A DNA stretch of 46,313 bases, taken from assembly GCA_964632375.1 (NCBI GenBank), contig CAZWBO010000002.1:1-46313 (forward strand), written 5' to 3'. Made by a program: the position numbers and the translations under genes. This stretch comes from an uncultured Candidatus Peribacteria bacterium (lineage in GTDB: Bacteria; Patescibacteriota; Gracilibacteria; Peribacterales; Peribacteraceae). The notes under the pieces are model-generated. The model ran no database searches and had not been told where the DNA came from. It saw only the letters and a list, made by a program, of their open reading frames with translations. Below, in pieces: positions 17,340 through 24,400 of this stretch. Numbering within the stretch: position 1 is the stretch's first letter; each line of letters begins with the position of its first letter.

Positions 17340-17472
17340 GAAGATTCCAAGACTGCAAGACTTCAAGATTGCAAATCCTCCTACACCGTCATGGTGAGGC
17401 GCGAGCCGCAGCGAGCCTCGAGCCATTGGCGTTTAGTTTGGCTTATTGCAGTCTTGCAGTCTTGGGATCTTC
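17340..17472. repeat. 133-nt TIR-bounded octamer-repeat element (CAAGACTG family)
   Basis: The left end GAAGATTCCAAGACTGCAAGAC (17340-17361) and right end GTCTTGCAGTCTTGGGATCTTC (17451-17472) are inverted repeats with one mismatch. The interior block TTTGGCTTATTGCAGTC is shared with 23790-23901. Confidence 0.8.
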
Positions 17473-18999
17473 CCTCAGGAGTCGCGGGATCGCCTGGTAC
17501 CGGTACTCTTTCCCCAGCAAAATTGTGATAGTGCCGAGGCCCGTTTGGTCGAGCTCAGGTGGCGGTGTGGGCGCAACCGGAATATGGAGGAGATTGCTGA
17601 AGAACGGCGCCAGAGTCTGGCCGGTGCCGGCGCGCGCGACGATCATCGAGCTTTCTTGGTCGGGAATATTGCCGTTGCGGATCTCGTTGAGGTCGAGGCC
17701 GAAGCGGATGAAGTCGCCGGCCAGTGCGCGGGCGTGGCCGCTGGGCGCGCCGGCGTTGAGCACGTCGATGGTCGGATGCTGCAGGAGCACGTCGCGCTGA
17801 GTGAGGAAGAACTGCGTGAAAATGCGTAGAGGTTCCCACGTTTCCATGCCGCTGTAGGGCAGGGGCAGCAAGACGAACGCGCCGCCGAAGTTCTCCATGG
17901 GTGGCGTGTAGAGGAAACCGCCGGCTTCCGACGCGCCGGTGCCCTGGCCGTTCACGTTGTTGATCTGCACGTTGAGGATCTTGTGGCGGTCGATCTCGGT
18001 GCCGAGCTTCGCGGCGCCGACCATCTCGCGCAGCGACATGGTGGTTTCGGTGTTCGTGTTGACGGTATCCCAGAGCGACATAAGGGTCGAAGGGCTCGAG
18101 AGGATGCCTTTCTCCTTTGCGCGCTGCGCGAGTGCGGCCACAATCTGCTGCTGACGCGCAGAGCGGCTGAAGTCGCTAGTGGAGTGGCGGCTTCGCGCGT
18201 ACTTCAGCGCTGTTTCGCCGTCCAGGTGCTGCGGGCCGGCGGCGATGCTGAACGTGACGTAGGAGTAGTTCGGGCCGGGGTATGTGGTGTCGACGATGGC
18301 CGTGGGTACGTCGATATCGATACCACCGAGCGCATCCACCGCGTTCACGAACCCAATGAAGTCGACCTTCACCACGTAGTGGATTTTCACGCCGAACGTG
18401 TCACCCATCTCGCGGGCCAATTCCTTCATGGCTTCCTGCGATGCGGCATTCTTGTCCATGCCTTGCTTGCGCAGGTAGCCCTTGTAGTCGCGATACAGAC
18501 TGTTGACGCGCCCTGCGCCCATTTTGCTCGTGCGGGTGAAATACAGATCGCGCGGAATCGAGATCATCGCCACACTCTTCGTCTTCGTCGCATCGACGCT
18601 CGCGATCATCATGGTATCGGTGAGATTCGCGCCCTGGTGCGATTCGTCGCCCTGGCCGAGCAGCAAAAAGTTCGTGTAGCCGTGCTCGTCGGTGGGCAGT
18701 GTGGAGCCGACGGTGTTGATGATGCCCTTGAGCGTGACGATCTTGAAGTCGAACAGGGCTTTTGCCACGCCGGCCATCAGTAGAAGGGCGAGCAGTATCG
18801 CGATCATCGCGATGCCGATGCGTCTGAGGATCGACTTGCGATGTTCTTTCACCTGCTCTTCCGCCCGTTCTTTGCGATGACGACGGAACCACGCGACGAG
18901 CGGGTAGCCGAATTGCAGTGCAAACAGGGTGTACTTTTGCCACGGGAATTTCTTGCGAGGAGCACGGTACTCACTCACACGTCGGGTCGTGAAGGACAT
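17443..18999 (-). CDS. LytR-CpsA-Psr (LCP) family protein
   Basis: The ORF track gives 17443-19119, and the ATG at 18999 (MSFTTRRV...) precedes a TM helix. The LCP core is LLLGQGDESHQGANLTDTMMIASVD...ISIPRDLY, with a C-terminal LytR_C-like domain. The last ~8 codons and the stop lie inside the repeat element. Confidence 0.85.
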   Translation of the reverse strand: MSFTTRRVSEYRAPRKKFPWQKYTLFALQFGYPLVAWFRRHRKERAEEQVKEHRKSILRRIGIAMIAILLALLLMAGVAKALFDFKIVTLKGIINTVGSTLPTDEHGYTNFLLLGQGDESHQGANLTDTMMIASVDATKTKSVAMISIPRDLYFTRTSKMGAGRVNSLYRDYKGYLRKQGMDKNAASQEAMKELAREMGDTFGVKIHYVVKVDFIGFVNAVDALGGIDIDVPTAIVDTTYPGPNYSYVTFSIAAGPQHLDGETALKYARSRHSTSDFSRSARQQQIVAALAQRAKEKGILSSPSTLMSLWDTVNTNTETTMSLREMVGAAKLGTEIDRHKILNVQINNVNGQGTGASEAGGFLYTPPMENFGGAFVLLPLPYSGMETWEPLRIFTQFFLTQRDVLLQHPTIDVLNAGAPSGHARALAGDFIRFGLDLNEIRNGNIPDQESSMIVARAGTGQTLAPFFSNLLHIPVAPTPPPELDQTGLGTITILLGKEYRYQAIPRLLREDPKTARLQ

Positions 19000-19090
19000 C
19001 GCGGACGAGTGTAGGGGAGGGAGGCGACTCTCGGAAGGGTCCCATGGAAATTCGGATTGATTTTTCGGCAGATGGATGCGGTATTTTTGT

Positions 19091-19135
19091 GAGTCTTCCT
19101 CTGGAAGAACGCTCCTCAAGACTCAAGATTCAACC
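19091..19135. repeat. CAAGACTC-family hairpin
   Basis: GAGTCTT (19091-19097) pairs with AAGACTC (19118-19124), with an inner hairpin CTTCC/GGAAG. It is followed by AAGATTCAA. Confidence 0.5.
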
Positions 19136-19142
19136 CTCATTG

Positions 19143-19856
19143 CTACCAATGGATCACCCACAGCACGCCGATAAGCACGGGTTGATGCAGGAGGTAGATC
19201 ATGAGTGAGTGGCGTCCTGGCCAGCTCAATTGTTCTACTGTCTGCTGTTTTATTTGCCATTGCCACTGCCATCGAACGTAGACGATACAGCCGAGCGCGT
19301 AGCCGATCAGTACCGTGCCGAACCAAGGAAAGAGCGGGAAATAATCGAGTGAGTCGAAGGCGGTGGGAAAGACGGGGAGAAAGAGGCGCGAGAAGCCCCA
19401 GTCGTGCGAGAGCCATCCTGTCAGGAAAAGGAAACTGATGATGAGATTCCAGCCGCCCAGTTGCGCGAACAGCGGCAGAAGCATCACGCTTATGCCGATG
19501 AGATGCAGCACGCCGAAGCGGATGAAGGTGTGCGGATCTATCGCGTACGTTGCGAGGCTGATGACGAGGCCCCAGCCGATCAGCCCCGCTCCACGCAGGA
19601 GGTTTTTTTTGTATATCTGTAGCCACTTTTGATTCTTGCGCTGCGCGCGATCCCACGACACGGCGAAGCTCGCGCCGACGAGGCCCAGGAAAAGGTGCGC
19701 TGCAATGCGCTGTACCCACCACCAGCCGCCGCCATAGAGGTTCATAGTCCATCCGTAGAATTCCTTCAGGTCGAACGCCAGGTGGAAAATGACCATCAAA
19801 ATGATGGCGAGAGTGCGCAGCAGATCGAGCTCGAGATGACGAGTGGCGGATGGCAT
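19143..19856 (-). CDS. DUF1624/heparan-alpha-glucosaminide N-acetyltransferase-like membrane protein
   Basis: 237 aa. The N-terminus LELDLLRTLAIILMVIFH and the multi-TM layout are typical of this acyltransferase-like family. Confidence 0.65.
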   Translation of the reverse strand: MPSATRHLELDLLRTLAIILMVIFHLAFDLKEFYGWTMNLYGGGWWWVQRIAAHLFLGLVGASFAVSWDRAQRKNQKWLQIYKKNLLRGAGLIGWGLVISLATYAIDPHTFIRFGVLHLIGISVMLLPLFAQLGGWNLIISFLFLTGWLSHDWGFSRLFLPVFPTAFDSLDYFPLFPWFGTVLIGYALGCIVYVRWQWQWQIKQQTVEQLSWPGRHSLMIYLLHQPVLIGVLWVIHW

Positions 19857-20044
19857 GGGTGATCGCGTGCAAAGCTACCTCGCTATCATGCGTCTGTCGA
19901 AGATCGTGATGGAGTGCGTAGCCGGATCGCCGTAACGTACAGGCAATACCTATGACCGATTATCACCGGGCCGTCGAGGCCCGGGTAGCGAGCGACGGCT
20001 CGCTACTGCGGTATTGTGAGGGAAATCGATTTCTTCAAGACTCA

Positions 20045-20076
20045 CAAAAAAATCCCCCTCGCGGGGGATTTTTTTC
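20045..20076. terminator. bidirectional intrinsic terminator
   Basis: AAAAAAAT-CCCCC-tcgc-GGGGG-ATTTTTTT, located directly 3' of the zinc-ribbon gene on the minus strand. Confidence 0.8.
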
Positions 20077-20099
20077 GATAGTCGTTGTAAGAGCTATCC

Positions 20100-20384
20100 T
20101 TATGCCGCGCCGCGCTCAGCCGAGAAGCACTCCTTGCAGAGGACCGGCTTGCCACCCTCCTCGACGGAGCGGGGCTTGAACGGAACCTGGCACTGGTTGC
20201 CACACTTGGCGCAGACCGCGTCGAACATCTGACGCTCGCCAAAGCGCTCAGACTTACGGGCATTGCGGCAATCCTTGCAGCGCTGGGGGGCGCTGAGGTT
20301 CTTGCTCGCGTAGAATTCCTGTTCACCCTCGGTGAACGTGAAGTTTTGACCGCAATCGCGGCACTGTAGCTGCTGATCAGCCAT
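20100..20384 (-). CDS. zinc-ribbon domain protein (zf-trcl-like)
   Basis: From the ATG at 20384: MADQQLQCRDCGQNFTFTEGEQEFYASKNLSAPQRCKDCR. A second pair of cysteine motifs follows, CAKCG...CKEC. Confidence 0.6.
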   Translation of the reverse strand: MADQQLQCRDCGQNFTFTEGEQEFYASKNLSAPQRCKDCRNARKSERFGERQMFDAVCAKCGNQCQVPFKPRSVEEGGKPVLCKECFSAERGAA

Positions 20385-20538
20385 AAAACAGAAAGAAGGA
20401 ATAAAATGTAGCCGATTTCCTTCTTCCATGTTTCTCGGGAACCGATATGACCTGTCTGAAGGATTAGCTTAGGTCTAGTGTACAGGAGGGGCGAATTCTG
20501 TCAATGAATTCGTCAGTATCCGCCCCTCTTTCACGTTT

Positions 20539-21780
20539 CTAGCGGGTAACCGAGATTGTGACGCCCCCCTCGGCGTCGGGCGCCGTGACGGTAATACGCC
20601 CGTTCTTGTCTTTCTTAATGCGGTAGTGCGTGCGGCCTTCAGGCGCTTGAGGGTCGCCTGGAACGGTAACGAGGTACATGCCGGTGAGGAGTTCGAGATC
20701 GACACAGCTGCCGTTCGTAACCGACGAGGATGTTCCGGTCTTCTCGTTGTAGGAGGTAGCGCAGACTTCTTGTGACGTGGTCGTAATGGTGCCCGGCATA
20801 TTGCCGTTGTTATCGATCATGTACTGGTACACGGCATTCAAGATCGTGTTCACATCCGATTGCCGCTGCGCGTTACGTGCGTCCTGCAGTTGCTTCGTGG
20901 GGGAGATTATCGGCAGGCCGAAAGATGGAAGCGAATCGCCGAAGCCGGAACCGAAGGTATTGCTAAATTCTTCGATCGATAAGGCGTTTGCGGGCGGTGC
21001 CAGTGTCGGCAGGGTCGCCTTTGTGGCCGTGACGCTCACTGAGCCGTACGACGTTCCTTCTTTTGTGAAGAAGTATACCTTCGCGCTCACAAACTCATTG
21101 CGGGCATTCATCTCCACTTTGATGGCCACATCGCTGTCTTTACTCTTGGCCAAGCGGCGTTCCAGACGTGCGGCGCGTCCGCCCATGGAATCCAAGTACG
21201 AGTTGGACGATGCAGAGAACCGTGTCTTTGCTTCGGGCGTGAGCGTAAGCTTGTACACGGTGCCGCCCTTCGCGCCCTTCGATGTCTGGACAGTGAAGTC
21301 GTCGTCCCACGTAGCCGTTCCCGTTCGCAGTTCCTGCAGGAATGACGACAGATCGGCGTCGGCTCCCGTGGACGGGAAGCGCACCCACCGCTTCTGCACG
21401 ACCGAGAGCTGGGCGAGGGCAGCAATGTTCTCGTAGTGTCCGTCGAGATTCGTAAGCCGGGCGAAGCCTTCTTGTCCGCTGAGGATCGATTCCGCTTTGG
21501 CGCGAAGGGTGAACGTTTCCTGTGCCTTCACATCGACGGTCGCATTCCAGGTACCCGCGCCGAGCGTATTTGCCGTCCAGTCGAATGCTTGGGTTCCTTT
21601 GACCCAGACCGAGGCGTACATGTTCTGCTTCGTGTCGCCGTAGTGGCCTTCGATGGAGATGGCGAGGACACTCGGGAGTTGCGTGAGCATCGCTCCCACC
21701 TCGTTCGGCATGGTTGCTGCCGATGCGATGGAAGGAAGCAGAAAACTCAGCAGGAGCGACAAACTGACAAGACGGCGCAT
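20539..21780 (-). CDS. secreted hypothetical protein with C-terminal pilin-like domain
   Basis: The ATG at 21780 gives the signal peptide MRRLVSLSLLLSFLLPSIASA. The C-terminal ~120 aa starts with DARNAQRQSDVNTILNAVYQYMIDNNG, which resembles the region just after the N-terminal helix of type IV pilins. Confidence 0.6.
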   Translation of the reverse strand: MRRLVSLSLLLSFLLPSIASAATMPNEVGAMLTQLPSVLAISIEGHYGDTKQNMYASVWVKGTQAFDWTANTLGAGTWNATVDVKAQETFTLRAKAESILSGQEGFARLTNLDGHYENIAALAQLSVVQKRWVRFPSTGADADLSSFLQELRTGTATWDDDFTVQTSKGAKGGTVYKLTLTPEAKTRFSASSNSYLDSMGGRAARLERRLAKSKDSDVAIKVEMNARNEFVSAKVYFFTKEGTSYGSVSVTATKATLPTLAPPANALSIEEFSNTFGSGFGDSLPSFGLPIISPTKQLQDARNAQRQSDVNTILNAVYQYMIDNNGNMPGTITTTSQEVCATSYNEKTGTSSSVTNGSCVDLELLTGMYLVTVPGDPQAPEGRTHYRIKKDKNGRITVTAPDAEGGVTISVTR

Positions 21781-21845
21781 GGGAAGGGGGAGGGGAAGGA
21801 CAGGAGCGTAGCAGTTCTGAGAGTCTTTGGAAAAAATCGGTAAGT

Positions 21846-22037
21846 GTGAACACGAAAATGCGTCAACACTCAGCACGCTACCCCCTCACTATGTACCAAT
21901 ACTTCTCGCAACTCGCCGCGCTCGGGTCCGTCCGCTACCGCCACATCGAACGCCTGCGCAAGCGCCGCCCCGCCATGGCGCGGAAGGCGGTGGAGGAAGA
22001 GATGATGGAGGAGACGGATGAAGAGGCGGTGATGTGA
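21846..22037 (+). CDS. small hypothetical protein
   Basis: 63-aa ORF with a strong G/C bias at third codon positions, a basic centre and an acidic tail. The start may instead be at 21891. Confidence 0.35.
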   Translation: MNTKMRQHSARYPLTMYQYFSQLAALGSVRYRHIERLRKRRPAMARKAVEEEMMEETDEEAVM

Positions 22038-22049
22038 GGGGTGAGGTTT

Positions 22050-22215
22050 GAGTCTTGAATTTTGAGTCTTCAAGAGCGATAAGCGGATAGCGGATAGCGG
22101 ATAGCGATAAGCATCTTGCTGAGGATTGCTTCAAGCCTGAGTGCCATCTCTCATTTGCAGTCTTGCATTCTTGCAGTCTTGCAATCTTTCGTTACCGGCC
22201 CTTCAAGATTCAAAA
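22050..22215. repeat. ~165-nt composite dispersed repeat, copy 1
   Basis: Layout: GAGTCTTG-type inverted end, GCGGATA heptamers, the ~45-nt core GCTGAGGATTGCTTCAAGCCTGAGTGCCATCTCTCATTTGCA, TTGCAGTC/TTGCAATC octamers, then a CAAGATTC end. It aligns by eye at roughly 90 percent with 26297-26460. Confidence 0.85.
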
Positions 22216-22241
22216 AGCCCTCCCGAAGGAGGGCTTTTTGC
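22211..22241 (-). terminator. rplL intrinsic terminator (bidirectional)
   Basis: AAAAAGCCCTCC-cgaa-GGAGGGCTTTTT, 17 nt beyond the rplL stop. Confidence 0.85.
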
Positions 22242-22257
22242 AAGGTCAGGAGAAGGA

Positions 22258-22662
22258 TCACTTGAGAGTGACCTTCGCGCCGGCCTCTTCGAGCTTCTTC
22301 TTCATTGTCTCGGCGTCGGCCTTGGGTACGCTTTCCTTCACCATCTTGGGAGCGCCGTCGACCATCGCCTTGGCATCGCCGAGGGCGAGGCCGGTGATCT
22401 CGCGGACCACCTTGATGACGGCGATCTTCTGCGCGCCGGAATCGGTGAGCTCCACGTTGTAGGCGCTCTTCTCTTCGGCTGCTGCTGCATCACCGCCAGC
22501 GGCGGGAGCTGCTGCGACGGCGACAGGAGCGGCGGCGGAGATGCCGTACTCCTGTTCCATGAACTTCACGACGTTGTTGAGCTGAATCACGTTCAGCTTC
22601 TCGAGGGAGGAGATCACTGCTTTCTCGTCGGCGGAAAGCTCGATCGTGGCGGTATCGGCCAT
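22258..22662 (-). CDS. rplL: 50S ribosomal protein L7/L12
   Basis: 134 aa with an Ala-rich hinge and the C-terminal domain [27 protein letters not shown]...[14 protein letters not shown]. Confidence 0.95.
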   Translation of the reverse strand: MADTATIELSADEKAVISSLEKLNVIQLNNVVKFMEQEYGISAAAPVAVAAAPAAGGDAAAAEEKSAYNVELTDSGAQKIAVIKVVREITGLALGDAKAMVDGAPKMVKESVPKADAETMKKKLEEAGAKVTLK

Positions 22663-22678
22663 GGGAATGAGGGGGAAA

Positions 22679-22712
22679 GAATGGAGAATTGAAAATTGAT
22701 AATGGAAAATTA
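22679..22712. repeat. AT-rich heptamer array (GAGAATT/GGAAAAT family) filling the rplJ-rplL spacer
   Basis: GAATGGAGAATTGAAAATTGATAATGGAAAATTA. The mRNA-sense strand reads TTTTCCATTATCAATTTTCAATTCTCC upstream of the rplL ATG. Confidence 0.7.
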
Positions 22713-23462
22713 TGCAGGAGTGGAACCCTCAGGTGCTGCTTCTGCGTCGGTTTCCGTGAGGGTATGGCTTGCATCTTTCAGATCTTCGGCGAGCACCACT
22801 TCGGTGCGGCCGCCGGTGGCGGGATCAATGGGATCGCCGGTTGCATCTTTCTCTACGGCATTGGCATCGGCGGGGGTTTCATCGGCGGCTGGCATCGCTG
22901 GTGCTTCGGCAGGGGCCGGTGAGGCAACTTGCGGTTTGGCGCCGCCCTTCTTCTCGAGCTCGCTGAGCGCGCGGGCGAAACCGGTGAGCGGGCTGTTCAT
23001 CATCGAGGCGAACTTCACGAGCGGCGAACGGATCATGCTGGCGAAGATGGCGAGGAGCACCTGGCGCGACGGGATGGTTGCAAGGTCCATCGCTTCCTGC
23101 TTGCTCAACAGCTTTCCTTCGAACATGCCGCCGAGGAATGCCACCTGCGGGTGATCCTTGCTGAATTTAAAGGCGATCTGCGCGCCCGAGAGGGGATCTT
23201 GGTAGCTGAAAATGCAGGCGACCGGCCCGTCGAGTGTATCTTCCTGCAGCTCCGGCAAGTTCGATTCCTTCGCTGCGATGGCCATGAGGGTCTTCTTGGC
23301 CACCTTCATTTCGGCACCCTGCGTCTTGAGCTGCTTGCGCAGATCCGACACGTCGGTGACGTTCATGCCGATGTAGTGGGCGAAGATGACGGACGACGCA
23401 GTGGTGAATTTGTCCTTGAGTTCCTTCAGTTGCTCGGCTTTCTGTTCGCGTGTGACGGCCAT
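22710..23462 (-). CDS. rplJ: 50S ribosomal protein L10 with extended C-terminal tail
   Basis: The ORF track gives 22710-23627. The conserved protein starts at the ATG at 23462 ([19 protein letters not shown]...). After the L10 core there is a ~76-aa Pro/Ala/acidic tail. Confidence 0.9.
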   Translation of the reverse strand: MAVTREQKAEQLKELKDKFTTASSVIFAHYIGMNVTDVSDLRKQLKTQGAEMKVAKKTLMAIAAKESNLPELQEDTLDGPVACIFSYQDPLSGAQIAFKFSKDHPQVAFLGGMFEGKLLSKQEAMDLATIPSRQVLLAIFASMIRSPLVKFASMMNSPLTGFARALSELEKKGGAKPQVASPAPAEAPAMPAADETPADANAVEKDATGDPIDPATGGRTEVVLAEDLKDASHTLTETDAEAAPEGSTPA

Positions 23463-23504
23463 GGAACGCGGGGGGAAAAGGATGGTTGAAGTCGGTGGAG
23501 CATT

Positions 23505-23577
23505 GTCATGCTGAGCAGCCTGCCCCTCCGTAGCGTTGCGAAGGAGGGGGCTTGTCGAAGGGGAGACGAAGCATGAC
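23505..23577 (-). promoter_or_regulatory. structured element in the long rplJ 5' region (possible L10 leader)
   Basis: The outer stem GTCATGCT (23505-23512)/AGCATGAC (23570-23577) encloses the hairpin CCCCTCC (23523-29)/GGAGGGG (23543-49). About 330 nt of ORF-free sequence lies upstream of rplJ. Confidence 0.3.
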
Positions 23578-23789
23578 ACAAAAACGCTGGCTCCGGTTGC
23601 CCGGGAGACCAGCGAGGAACACGGCACGAATCACCAAGCCGAAGCCGAGTGGCCGATGCTGTATTCCTCGGAGGGGCTTATGTCGGTCTGCGACCTTGTG
23701 CCCTCGGTCTTCGGACGTGCGAGAAGTGTAACCATAATTGGGAGGAGGTCAAGGGAGAATGGTAAGAAAGTACCGTAAAGGCGTCTTGG

Positions 23790-23901
23790 GAGAAAAGAAT
23801 TCAAGACTGCAAGAATGCAAGATTGCAAAGAAATCCCAAGATTCGATCTTTTGGTATGTGGTTTGGCTTATTGCAGTCCTGCAGTCTTGAATTCTTTTCT
23901 C
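23790..23901. repeat. 112-nt TIR-bounded octamer-repeat element (CAAGACTG family)
   Basis: Left end GAGAAAAGAATTCAAGACTGCAAG (23790-23813) and right end CTGCAGTCTTGAATTCTTTTCTC (23879-23901). About 22 nt are perfectly inverted. The interior TTTGGCTTATTGCAGTC is shared with 17340-17472. Confidence 0.85.
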
Positions 23902-23928
23902 CGACCGATAAGTGTCTATCATGCTCCC

Positions 23929-24384
23929 ATGCGTGTCCTACTCCAGAGGGTCCAATCTGCGTTCGTCACAGTAGATGGTCAGATGATTGGGCAGATTGAG
24001 CGTGGGTACGTGCTGTTCGTAGGAGTGATGCGCGGCGATACGGGCGCAGAGGCGGAGTGGCTCATGCGGAAGGTGGTGAATCTCCGTTTGTTCGAGGGTG
24101 AGGATCACAAAGTGAATGATCGGTCCCTGATTGATATCGGCGGCCATGCGCTGGTCATATCGCAGTTCACGCTGGCAGGGGCAGTGGAGAAGGGGAATCG
24201 CCCGGACTACACGATGGCCGAGGCGCCTACGGCCGCTGAGACATTGTACGAACAGTGTATACGGCAGTTGCGCGAGATGGGTGTGACGCGCGTGGAACAA
24301 GGCGTTTTCGGCGCACATATGCAGGTGTCGCTCATCAATGACGGTCCGGTGACTCTGCTCCTCGAACGCGTGCCGATGGTGTAA
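23929..24384 (+). CDS. dtd: D-aminoacyl-tRNA deacylase
   Basis: The ATG at 23929 (MRVLLQRV...) gives 151 aa. The DTD signatures SQFTLAG and NDGPVT are present. Confidence 0.93.
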   Translation: MRVLLQRVQSAFVTVDGQMIGQIERGYVLFVGVMRGDTGAEAEWLMRKVVNLRLFEGEDHKVNDRSLIDIGGHALVISQFTLAGAVEKGNRPDYTMAEAPTAAETLYEQCIRQLREMGVTRVEQGVFGAHMQVSLINDGPVTLLLERVPMV

Positions 24385-24400
24385 CATACGCGTTCTCCTG

